DNA of 32,000 bases from Zestosphaera tikiterensis (GTDB lineage Archaea > Thermoproteota > Thermoprotei_A > Sulfolobales > NBVN01), in contig NBVN01000001.1 in assembly GCA_003056265.1 (NCBI GenBank), forward strand, positions 150,001-182,000, in the 5' to 3' direction. Below are positions 1-8,325 of this stretch, piece after piece (the stretch's first letter is position 1; each line of letters begins with the position of its first letter). The position numbers and the translations under genes were made by a program. Under the pieces are notes generated by a model, which saw only the letters and a program-made list of their open reading frames with translations, did no database searches and had not been told where the DNA came from.

Positions 1-738
1 ACCAGTAACTATAACCACATCATATGAGTTAATAAACTCTCTTATAGCTGATTTAATGACTTCCTTATCGTCGGGTACTTTAACAACACCTTCTAGAACC
101 CCACCGTACTTAACCACTTTATCCTTAACTACGGGGTAAGCCTTATCCTCAACCCTACCTTCAAATATTTCCGTACCTGTAATTACTAAACCTACTCTTA
201 AGTTGTTGAAAGGCTTCACATATACTACCGGAACGGAATTACTTAATAGATCCTTAATGTAGTTTAGATAACTTCTAGGTATGGTTAAAGGTATTAAATC
301 AACAATCCCTACAGTACTTCCTACATCTACTACGTCGTTATTACGTCTCGTAACAACAACGAAAACTCCCGACGTGTTAATAGCTTTAAGAGCTTCTGAA
401 TTGATTTTAACGATGCCCTTAACTTTAGACGTTATTACAGCCTTACCTTCATCGGCTTCATGTACCTCCACATTATCGCCGACTATAAACCTACCTAGTT
501 CATATACGGCCTCAACCTCACCGATCTCATCTCTTAAATTCTTTAACTCCTCGCTCTCCTCCTCTACGTAGACGTAGTAATGACCTGAGTCTTTAAGGAT
601 TTCAACGTCTTCAGCCCTAACGACGTGCCCGCGTTTAAAAACAGCTCCTTTAAAACGCTCGTTTATTTTCGTAACGTCGAAAGCCAATCTCTTACCGACG
701 GCTTCTTCAGCTTTAACCACTTTAAACAACAAATACAC
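1..738 (-). CDS. MoaB/MogA-type molybdopterin-binding domain protein (MoeA-like N-terminal part); C-terminus cut by window edge
   Basis: Not in the ORF track because it runs off the window. My hand translation of the minus strand is open from GTG 738 down to position 1. Alternative starts are TTG 762/732/729 and GTG 720. Sequence: ..VVKAEEAVGKRLAFDVTKINERFKGAVFKRGHVVRAEDVEILKDSGHYYVYV...NNLRVGLVITGTEIFEGRVEDKAYPVVKDKVVKYGG...DVVIVTG. The LVITGTE...VIVTG(G) pattern is the classic MoaB/Mog/CinA molybdopterin-binding fold. An AT-rich TATA-like stretch lies near 762-780. Confidence 0.5.
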   Translation of the reverse strand, partial: MYLLFKVVKAEEAVGKRLAFDVTKINERFKGAVFKRGHVVRAEDVEILKDSGHYYVYVEEESEELKNLRDEIGEVEAVYELGRFIVGDNVEVHEADEGKAVITSKVKGIVKINSEALKAINTSGVFVVVTRRNNDVVDVGSTVGIVDLIPLTIPRSYLNYIKDLLSNSVPVVYVKPFNNLRVGLVITGTEIFEGRVEDKAYPVVKDKVVKYGGVLEGVVKVPDDKEVIKSAIREFINSYDVVIVTG

Positions 739-834
739 CAGTGATTTATTCGGTGAAAACAATAAAAACCTTTATTTACAGATAAGGCGAGCTTAATTGT
801 TAAATTGTAAATAACTCCATTTACATACTTAAAG

Positions 835-3207
835 CTACCTTCTCTTCCTTAATGTATGGAAAGACATAGCTAAAGACGCTGAGGCAATTATGAGAGACGC
901 TAAACTAATGAGTAAAGTATTTACGGACGCGAAGGTCTTCACATTACTCAACTCATCCTCTACTGAAGATACTCTAGAAGATAACGTGGTTATGTTCCCC
1001 CTTAACCACTCATCCACGGCTTTAAGGTGCGTCTCTACATCACCAACATCCTTGCCTAGGCTAGCTAACGTATCATTTAAGCGGTTTAGCTTAGTAATCA
1101 ACTCAGTTAAGGATGAACTTACGTTACTTGTTAAGAGGTTTAAACGTTTACTTAACATGGTTATGCTGTAGTTTAAACCAGCTACTAACGTGCTTATCTG
1201 TTGTTGCTCAACACTTAAGCTGGAGATAGGGTCTTTCTCAACGATTTTAAGTAGTACGTAATTTTCAGAACATATGTTATTTAAGCAGGCTTTAACATCT
1301 AGTAAAGCAACCCCCTCCGAAGGAACCTTACTTACTTTAAAGAATATCCTAGAAACCCCATTGCTTATGGACGTGATGTTTAACACCTGAATGACGGGTT
1401 CGTAAGGATATAACTGACTAGCTCTTAAACTTGCTTGAGCGGGTGTTACGGTAACGTCGAAGAAGCCCACATAACCTAAAACATAGTAGGGCTCTACCCT
1501 AGCAACGACCGTAGGGAGTTCTTCTTTAGCGACTTCAGATATGGTTACGGAGCTCTTTAAAGTGATTACAGGGTTTGTGAGGTCCTTAACCACTACGCTG
1601 TATGTTCCGGGCTTAACGTAGGGTACAGCTAAGCTAACGTTGTAAAACCCTCTTAAATTGCTAGTGTCTAACGTAAGTAAGTTATCGTTAAGGTATACCG
1701 TTATTAAATCACCTATGCCTAAGCCCGTAATCGTAACTGTCATGAAGTCCTTTAAACTCACTTCACGTGATACCTTCAGATCCGGTGCCACATACACAAT
1801 AGTCTCACCGTAGAAGCTTCCGTCACGAGATAACGCTATTACCTCATTGCCTGAGAAGTGTGTTGGAGGGACGTAAAAGCTAATGCCTGACGCTTTATAA
1901 GGACCTGAATATACGCGAGTGCCGGAGAGAAACACAGTTAAATCAGCACCTATCGGTAAGCCATCGACGGTAAGCGTGATTAAGTCCCCATACCTCACTA
2001 TACTTGAGGAAAGCCTTAATTTCAACGAACTTACATTACGTCCTAAAGCTTTAGACACAGCTAAATACGCGTTAAGCCTACCATTACCAACTCCAGACAC
2101 GTCGACGAGCTTCTTAGCAGATGACGTTAAAACTTCGTAAACCTCCTCAACGAGTGCCGAACCTTTTAAACCCTTGCCCTTAAGGATGTCGGCAACGATG
2201 CCGGCTGTAGCCGCTACCAACGGCGTTGCTGCGCTAGTACCGCTGGCGGCAACTATTAAATCGCCTGGGTAAGCTCCAGGCACGTCAACACCTGGAGCAA
2301 CTAAATCTGGTTTAACGTACTTACTTGGGTACACGCCTTTGAAAGGCCAGCTCGCAGGCGGTGAAGGCCATTCAACTTCTTCATAACTGCTGAAGTAAGC
2401 TAGGTCATCGTCTAAGTCAGTAGCGCCAACCCCGACCACACCCCAAATGTTGCCTGGATTTGACGACGTATACGGACCTTCATTACCGATCGCAGCAACT
2501 AAAACAACTCCGGCCTCAATTAACTTCCTCACCGCCGGTAGGAAGATGTTTGAGTAGTTGTTTGGGGCGCCGAAGCTCATTGACACTACGTCCGGAGGCT
2601 CTACGTTTAATGACTTCCCCAGGCAATCGTATGGGTTTAAAACCCATTCAAGACCTGCTAGGACTTGAGCCGCCGTACCGGAACCTCCGGGAAGGACTAA
2701 GCCAACCATGAGCTTCGCTTCCGGAGCTACCCCGAAGAGGTAGTTGCTCGTATCACCACCGACGGCTATACTACTAACCCAAGTGCCGTGCCAGTGGGTG
2801 TCGTGGGGTCTGGAGCAGATGGGCTTTCCAGATCTGCTGAACTCCATCCACCCGCCTGGGTAGTTAGGGTCGCTTGAGTTTAAAGTTCTAAGCTTGCCGA
2901 AGAGTAACGAATGTGTGGGGTCTATGCCTGTATCGAGCACAGCTATAACTACATCACGGCCTTTAAAGCTTAAGTAATCCCACATTAAATCCGCACTAAC
3001 GCGTGATATAGCCCAAGACCAGAACTCCGTACCCACTTCGTAATTACCGCTACTTACTTTTTGTAGGGGACCGTAGATTCTGTAGTTGAGGTTTCCTAAG
3101 CTGACGTTGAAGTTAGGCGTTATTAAAACGCCGGAAGTTCTTAGCGTTTCAGCGTATTTATCTGGACACCAGAGCAGCGCTATCTCAAACAATTTAAAAT
3201 CCCTCAC
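835..3207 (-). CDS. Subtilisin-like serine protease (peptidase S8) with C-terminal coiled-coil stalk and transmembrane anchor; the true N-terminus probably lies upstream near 3387-3394
   Basis: Catalytic triad motifs are VIAVLDTGID (Asp), HWHGTWVSS (His) and ASGTSAATPLVA (Ser). After the catalytic domain come two similar beta-sandwich-like repeats (GDLITLTVDGLPIGADLTVFL / MTVTITGLGIGDLITVYL). These are followed by a heptad-like segment and the TM helix LLISLASLIIASASLAMSF plus a basic tail (TLRKRR). There are many N-x-S/T sequons. The frame stays open 62 codons upstream of 3207 and encodes a signal peptide (see finding). Confidence 0.9.
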   Translation of the reverse strand: MRDFKLFEIALLWCPDKYAETLRTSGVLITPNFNVSLGNLNYRIYGPLQKVSSGNYEVGTEFWSWAISRVSADLMWDYLSFKGRDVVIAVLDTGIDPTHSLLFGKLRTLNSSDPNYPGGWMEFSRSGKPICSRPHDTHWHGTWVSSIAVGGDTSNYLFGVAPEAKLMVGLVLPGGSGTAAQVLAGLEWVLNPYDCLGKSLNVEPPDVVSMSFGAPNNYSNIFLPAVRKLIEAGVVLVAAIGNEGPYTSSNPGNIWGVVGVGATDLDDDLAYFSSYEEVEWPSPPASWPFKGVYPSKYVKPDLVAPGVDVPGAYPGDLIVAASGTSAATPLVAATAGIVADILKGKGLKGSALVEEVYEVLTSSAKKLVDVSGVGNGRLNAYLAVSKALGRNVSSLKLRLSSSIVRYGDLITLTVDGLPIGADLTVFLSGTRVYSGPYKASGISFYVPPTHFSGNEVIALSRDGSFYGETIVYVAPDLKVSREVSLKDFMTVTITGLGIGDLITVYLNDNLLTLDTSNLRGFYNVSLAVPYVKPGTYSVVVKDLTNPVITLKSSVTISEVAKEELPTVVARVEPYYVLGYVGFFDVTVTPAQASLRASQLYPYEPVIQVLNITSISNGVSRIFFKVSKVPSEGVALLDVKACLNNICSENYVLLKIVEKDPISSLSVEQQQISTLVAGLNYSITMLSKRLNLLTSNVSSSLTELITKLNRLNDTLASLGKDVGDVETHLKAVDEWLRGNITTLSSRVSSVEDELSNVKTFASVNTLLISLASLIIASASLAMSFHTLRKRR

Positions 3208-3479
3208 TAAGTAACACCCTAGGGTTAAGGCCTTGTTGAGGGTGTTTCCGCCGTCACCGTAGTATATTAGGTAATATGAAGCGGGTAATGCGTAGGTCGT
3301 AATTGAATATAATGAAGTTAGTAAGTACAGGGTTACGGCTAAAACCGTTAAGGCAACGCCTAAGTTTTTCTTCGTGAATTTAACCGTTACGCATCACCTA
3401 AACACTTAATTCGCTTAGGATTATTATATATGATTCGTTGAAGTAGGGTTTAAATACTTCAATACTTTATATTTAGGAA

Positions 3480-5003
3480 GTGGTGAGGAGAACGAGGCTG
3501 GTCGTGAAGTTTACGCTTACGTTGCTTTTGCTTCTAACTGTCTCAACGGTGTTTGTGTTAAGTGTGAAAATACCTTCAGATAGTAAGGTAGGTTCTGAAC
3601 TTATTAATGGTTGGCTAGAGTTAAGAGGTGAAGTAGCGGATATAAACTCAACTCAAGTTATGATTGAGGAGGTTTTAACCCTTACGTTGTTTTTAGCGGT
3701 TATTGCTTTAACGGTTATAGACATGAAGCTCAGGTATTTCGCATCTTTCTTAGCTGTGGCTACGGTAACGTTCTTAGGTGTTGCCCCGCCGCAGAAGCTT
3801 ATAGCAGGTGTTGATTGGGCTTTAATACTGTTTTTAATTGGTTCTATGACGTTAGTTACAGTGCTTAGACGTTTAGGTGTTTTCACATACTTAGCAGCGG
3901 AGCTTGTAAGGTTGTGTCGGGGTTCCGCAACCCTACTTATAGTTTTTATAGGTATTCTAGCGTGGTTTATGGCCATGGTAGTTGGTGAGGTAACAAGTAT
4001 AGTATATGTTGCGATGTTGATCTTTGAGTTAAGTAGGCTCGTTAAGTTTGATCCTAAAGAACTGCTGATTTTCTCCGTCTTAGCTACTAACACCGGCAGT
4101 GCTGCGTTACCTGTAGGTAACCCAGTCAGTATTTACTTAGCTTTCGCCACCGGTTTATCAGCTAGGGATTTTCTAGTTAATGCCTTCCCGCTATCGTTAA
4201 TCAATTTAATTGCTTTGTTAAGCACCTACCTAGTGCTTAGGAGGGGTTACGTTAAGGACTTACAAACGCATATGATTAAAAACAGGGATGGTGTTGAAGC
4301 ATACGTAACTAGGTACGTAGTCAACCTAACCAGCCAAGAGAGAAAGACGAGGGTAGTGGGTCTTGCTATATTGTCGGTTTTCCTAGCTTTAGTAACGTTA
4401 ACGCATAACATAGCTGAAGCATTGCTTAACATAGCGGGGTTTGAGGTAGATCCTAATGCGTTATTAGCTATAGTTCCGTATATTTGCTTAGTGTTTACAG
4501 CACCATTTTACGACATCTCCGAATATAGTGAGATAATCTCCAGAGGTGTTGAGTGGACGTCTATAACGTTCTTCATGATGTTATTAATGCTTAGTTATTC
4601 GTTAGCGTGGAGTGGTGTTGTTGTAAGGTTAGCTTACTTAATGATGGAGTCGTCCGGCGGCGTAACAACACCTAATACGTTAATACTTAACGCTGTTTTA
4701 GTGTTTTTATCTGCGGCGCTTAGCTCCGTACTTGATAACCTATCTTTAGTAGCGGCTTTAACGCCGGCCGTTAAGTTAATTGCTGCTGTACTAAACAATA
4801 GAGGTGTTTTCTGGGGGCTTTTATTCGGAGCTGTTTTCGGAGGTAACTACACTCCAATAGGTTCAACTGCGAATATAGTTGCTATATCGTTAAGTGAGAA
4901 GAGGAAGTTAAGGATAGGTTGGGGTGAATGGCTTAAGCTAGCTTTAATAACGACTTCAGCTCAGTTGGTAATAGCTTATTTATGGGCTTTCATAACGCGT
5001 TAA
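3480..5003 (+). CDS. ArsB/NhaD (CitMHS-like) superfamily ion/anion permease
   Basis: 507-aa polytopic membrane protein. The C-terminal motif GGNYTPIGSTANIV is typical of ArsB/NhaD-type permeases (GGN.T.IGS.ANLV). GTG start, with a TATA-like GTTTAAATAC about 25-30 nt upstream. Confidence 0.6.
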   Translation: MVRRTRLVVKFTLTLLLLLTVSTVFVLSVKIPSDSKVGSELINGWLELRGEVADINSTQVMIEEVLTLTLFLAVIALTVIDMKLRYFASFLAVATVTFLGVAPPQKLIAGVDWALILFLIGSMTLVTVLRRLGVFTYLAAELVRLCRGSATLLIVFIGILAWFMAMVVGEVTSIVYVAMLIFELSRLVKFDPKELLIFSVLATNTGSAALPVGNPVSIYLAFATGLSARDFLVNAFPLSLINLIALLSTYLVLRRGYVKDLQTHMIKNRDGVEAYVTRYVVNLTSQERKTRVVGLAILSVFLALVTLTHNIAEALLNIAGFEVDPNALLAIVPYICLVFTAPFYDISEYSEIISRGVEWTSITFFMMLLMLSYSLAWSGVVVRLAYLMMESSGGVTTPNTLILNAVLVFLSAALSSVLDNLSLVAALTPAVKLIAAVLNNRGVFWGLLFGAVFGGNYTPIGSTANIVAISLSEKRKLRIGWGEWLKLALITTSAQLVIAYLWAFITR

Positions 5004-5092
5004 CGTAAAATCAGTTACCGCTGGAAGGACGTCAATATCTAAATAAAAATTTATTAAGGAAGGAAATTAAGTATTAGATTTGGGTGTGTATA

Positions 5093-5713
5093 ATGACTCA
5101 AGTAAGTCAGCATGAAAGCCCTGCTAAGGAAGCTTCTAAAGCGATGTTAAAAACTATAGTTGTAGTTGTTCTGTATGTTGCTGTAGCTGCGGTAGTTCAA
5201 TACATATTTACGGGTTTACTACCTACGTTTAAGATCCACGTAGAGGAATACAGCACATACGTTCAAATACTCTTAGCCATAGCTTTCGGTTACTTAATAG
5301 TTAGCGGCATCGCAACGTTCTTCTACTGGACACTACGTAGTAAGTACGAACACGCTACCGCAGCAGCCGTTAGAAACGTAGTTAAAATCATAGGGATAGG
5401 TGCTTTAGTAGCTTCAATAGCTGGCGGTGTAGCCGGAGGGGCGGCAGGCGTCGCCTTAGGAGGTTTCCTAGGGATGGTGGTAGGCTTCGCATCACAGCAA
5501 GTTATAGGGCAAGCACTAGCAGGCCTTTTCCTACTCATAGCACGACCATTCAAAATAGGTGACCCGGTAATCATAGCCGGTGAAGATGGAATCATTGAAG
5601 ACGTAACGACGTTATTCACCATCGTAGTTAAAGCTGACGGGAATAAAGTCTTAATACCGAATAACACAATAATCGGTGGTAAGATATACTTAAAACCTAA
5701 GACTAAGGCTTAA
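5093..5713 (+). CDS. Small-conductance mechanosensitive channel (MscS family), unusually short
   Basis: Three predicted TM helices. The last is Gly/Ala-rich and pore-lining (IAGGVAGGAAGVALGGFLGMVVGFASQQVIGQALAGLFLLIARPFKIGD). It is followed by the MscS beta-domain pattern (IIAGEDGIIEDVTTLFTIVVKADGNKVLIPNNTII). I prefer ATG 5093 over GTG 5084. The TATA-like AAATAAAAATTTATTAAGG lies at 5041-5059. Confidence 0.7.
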   Translation: MTQVSQHESPAKEASKAMLKTIVVVVLYVAVAAVVQYIFTGLLPTFKIHVEEYSTYVQILLAIAFGYLIVSGIATFFYWTLRSKYEHATAAAVRNVVKIIGIGALVASIAGGVAGGAAGVALGGFLGMVVGFASQQVIGQALAGLFLLIARPFKIGDPVIIAGEDGIIEDVTTLFTIVVKADGNKVLIPNNTIIGGKIYLKPKTKA

Positions 5714-5926
5714 AGTCAATTTTCCAAGCTTACTTACCCATACTTTCCTCAGTCTGCGGTATTAGCTTAAATGCCGTAGTTAAGGTTTCACCATATAACT
5801 TAACTCTAAATCTACAGGGAACGTATGGCAAATCTACGTATTTAGTTATGACTGGAGCTAAGAATTTCTTAGTGAGAGGTAATGCACTTTCTGTGAGAAG
5901 CTTTAGAAAGGTGATAATCTACAACG

Positions 5927-6565
5927 TTAAAATGCTTTAAGTACATGTAGTGGAATAATTCTCTTTATTGATTTGAGGTGAGTTACATGGTATGTGGTTC
6001 TTGGCGGAAGAACTATATTTTCGGAAGTGACTTTATATACGTCTTGTTCATGTAGTTTTGGCATTATAATGCAAGTGTTGTATGAGAAGCAAACGTCTTT
6101 ATTCGAAGGAAGTTTGTACAGCATCGATAACGGGTTTTTATTAATAGTAAACTCCTTCATAGTTAAGTAGAAATCTATTTGATCAACACCTACTCTATAT
6201 ATGTCGTCATCAAATTTCACATATACTTCACTAGTACCGTGTTTAACAGAGTGAAGGAGTTCGTTGAAAAATCTCTTAGGATTTTCGCTAGCGTTAACGT
6301 CGTTAGACACATGCATCCAGCTATTAATAAATTTAATATCCTCTCCATAGTCGGCTTCCACTACAGGTACTTGCTTAAATCCAAGCATCTTTAGAGCGTG
6401 AAATCTATGATGACCGTCGATTATTACGTTTTTTACCTTATCGACGATTATCGGTTTAAATATATAACCGACTTTTAGCATAGATACTAAGATATTCTTC
6501 ATTCTATCATATTCGATTTCCTCATGAGGTATTAAATCATTTATTGATTTAAGTACTATCTTCAC
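5927..6565 (-). CDS. ParB/sulfiredoxin-fold domain protein (SerK-like free-amino-acid-kinase candidate), last gene of the cobamide operon
   Basis: The N-terminal pattern LIPHEEIEYDRMKNILVSMLKVGYIFKPIIVDKVKNVIIDGHHRFHALKMLGFKQVPVV is the ParB N-terminal/Srx-like motif (DGHHR). GTG start at 6565 lies 12 nt after the cbiB stop and is preceded by GAGGTAGG (SD-like). Three hand-counted 60-nt lines gave 35%, 35% and 28% GC, which appears lower than the neighbouring genes. Confidence 0.6.
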   Translation of the reverse strand: MKIVLKSINDLIPHEEIEYDRMKNILVSMLKVGYIFKPIIVDKVKNVIIDGHHRFHALKMLGFKQVPVVEADYGEDIKFINSWMHVSNDVNASENPKRFFNELLHSVKHGTSEVYVKFDDDIYRVGVDQIDFYLTMKEFTINKNPLSMLYKLPSNKDVCFSYNTCIIMPKLHEQDVYKVTSENIVLPPRTTYHVTHLKSIKRIIPLHVLKAF

Positions 6566-6577
6566 GGCGTCCTACCT

Positions 6578-7546
6578 CTAGACATAAGTCGATAAGAAAA
6601 CCGTTAAAACCACCGTGATTAAGAGCCATATCAAAGCTACAAACGTGGAAATCTTTAAAGCCTTCATCATTGCGATGTCATCTAATCTCTCTACGAATTC
6701 ACCTATACTGTAACTACCTATCTTTTCCAGCCTCACTTTTAACGCTCCCGCCATGGCGGACATGGGGTTTCCAGCGTTTATGCTTTCTGTAACCCCTCTA
6801 TAAATCCTCCAAATATTTAACGAGTATTTTATGCTGCCTCCTATTACAGGTGAAGATATTATTATTAGTAATGCCGCTACCCTAGCAGGTATAAAATTTA
6901 CTACTGTATCCATTTTTGCTGAAAACCACCCTACGTTTACATACTTTAAATCTTTATATCCGAGAGCGCTGTCCATCGTATTCACAACCCTTTGCAGTAA
7001 CCCTCCTATAGGTCCTAACATAGTGATGTAGAAGAGCGGGGAGACATATCCATCAACTAAGCTTTCGGCTAGGGACTCTATAGCCGCGGAGACTACGTGT
7101 TCATCATCGATTTGATAAACATCTCTGCGAACTATTTGCTGGACCCAATACCTACAACAATTCCAGTCGTTTCTAGATACACAAATAAGAGCTTTCTTCA
7201 CGATGCTTAGTAGAAGCCTTAATGAGAAGGAAGTCTTCATTATATAGCTTGCAATAACTACCCATAAGTACATACTTATATTCCAGGCTATGTATAGGAT
7301 GAGAATGTAGAAAAGTAAATGTGTTGTAACCGTTACTATCCACGCAATAAAACCTCTTACCTTAGAGCTATACGGCTTACCTAACTTACGTGCCATTACA
7401 TACGACGTATGTACGGGATGTATGAATAGCATGAACCCGCTATGGTAAGGGTATAAGTAATCTAATATGTGGGCTAAAAGAATACTTGCGAACATCAGCA
7501 ACGGATTTGAGGGATAGATAAAATCCGGGAGAATCATTGAAGACAC
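6578..7546 (-). CDS. cbiB: Adenosylcobinamide-phosphate synthase CbiB (CobD family membrane protein)
   Basis: Polytopic membrane protein with an N-terminal HPV motif (FIHPVHT) and the conserved NAGNPMSAMAGALKVRLEK block (compare SPNAG.P.AAMAGAL.V.LGG in CbiB). It sits in an operon with cobS, cobD and cobY. Confidence 0.85.
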   Translation of the reverse strand: MSSMILPDFIYPSNPLLMFASILLAHILDYLYPYHSGFMLFIHPVHTSYVMARKLGKPYSSKVRGFIAWIVTVTTHLLFYILILYIAWNISMYLWVVIASYIMKTSFSLRLLLSIVKKALICVSRNDWNCCRYWVQQIVRRDVYQIDDEHVVSAAIESLAESLVDGYVSPLFYITMLGPIGGLLQRVVNTMDSALGYKDLKYVNVGWFSAKMDTVVNFIPARVAALLIIISSPVIGGSIKYSLNIWRIYRGVTESINAGNPMSAMAGALKVRLEKIGSYSIGEFVERLDDIAMMKALKISTFVALIWLLITVVLTVFLSTYV

Positions 7547-7551
7547 CTAAA

Positions 7552-8325
7552 CTATATCGTTACAGAAAGCGTTAGAAGACTCAACGTCCTCAACAATTCG
7601 TATGTAAAGCCCATGACATCCCCCGTTACAAATCCTAATCTATGCTTTGAATCTCTATAAGAGAAAAGACACACAATAATAGTTAAGGTCAGCACTGTTA
7701 AGATTTGAGGAAATATCTTCGCATAAGAAACAGTAAGTAAAAATGCTACTGAGCTATATAGAGTTGCGTTGATCGCAACGTTCTTAAAAGATTTCGCATA
7801 CTTAGAAAACATATGGCCAAGACCCATATATGGCTCCTCCTTACCTATGACCGCAATGATATACATGGATTCAGCAGCAGAGACGTATACGAAAATCAAA
7901 ATTAACGTAAGCTCAGGAACTCCCAAAGCAACTAGCTTATTTAAAGAGATATAGTTTGCCATAAGGGATAACGTAAGTATAACTACGGAGAATGTGCCTC
8001 TCCTAGGATCCTTCATTATCTTTAAGGCTTCTTCACCTCTTTTATGAGATCCTATAACGTCAAGGTAATCACAATATCCATCCATGTGAATCCCTCCAGT
8101 TATAGCTATATGAGTAACTAGGCACAGAATGGCTATCATATCCGTGGGTAGCTCAAAAACGCTTAAGACGTTAAGTACTAGTCCAACAACACCTCCTTCA
8201 AACAACCCGATTAGAGGAACTAAGTAGAAGACCTTAGCACCAGCTTCAATATCCCCTTCGCCAGTGGGTATGGTTGTAAGGAAAGAAAGTAGAGACCTAA
8301 CACCTCTTGCTACTAAGTTATTCAT
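7552..8325 (-). CDS. cobS: Adenosylcobinamide-GDP ribazoletransferase (cobalamin synthase) CobS
   Basis: Membrane protein with the LSFLTTIP (FLTR.P-like) motif and the HMDGYCDYLD (H.DG..D..D) motif typical of CobS/CobV. I prefer ATG 8325 (MNNLVARG..), which forms an 8-nt ATGAATAA overlap with the cobD stop. The longer ORF to 8394 would overlap cobD by 77 nt. Confidence 0.85.
   Translation of the reverse strand: MNNLVARGVRSLLSFLTTIPTGEGDIEAGAKVFYLVPLIGLFEGGVVGLVLNVLSVFELPTDMIAILCLVTHIAITGGIHMDGYCDYLDVIGSHKRGEEALKIMKDPRRGTFSVVILTLSLMANYISLNKLVALGVPELTLILIFVYVSAAESMYIIAVIGKEEPYMGLGHMFSKYAKSFKNVAINATLYSSVAFLLTVSYAKIFPQILTVLTLTIIVCLFSYRDSKHRLGFVTGDVMGFTYELLRTLSLLTLSVTI

Noticed and set aside
281-571. 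96-aa plus-strand ORF (T/S/L-rich) at the left edge
   Set aside because: It lies antisense to a convincing minus-strand ORF with MoaB/Mog-type motifs that is open over the entire 1-738 interval. Its composition is the low-complexity shadow typical of the antisense frame.
3653-4093. 146-aa minus-strand ORF inside the ArsB/NhaD permease gene. Similar antisense ORFs lie at 890-1171, 1919-2140, 2460-2711, 4247-4432, 5323-5667, 6179-6394, 6831-7031, 7769-7954, 8796-9050, 10025-10363 and 10529-10885.
   Set aside because: All are embedded antisense in longer ORFs that carry clear family motifs. None has recognisable motifs, a promoter or SD context. I treat them as shadow ORFs.
5927-6565. ParB-fold gene as a chromosome/plasmid partition protein or marker of a mobile element or defence island
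   Set aside because: There is no ParA, integrase, transposase, toxin-antitoxin, restriction or repeat boundary nearby. The gene is SD-coupled 12 nt behind cbiB in a metabolic operon, and at 212 aa it lacks an obvious ParB HTH/dimerisation region. Its lower GC keeps horizontal acquisition possible, which I note in the finding.
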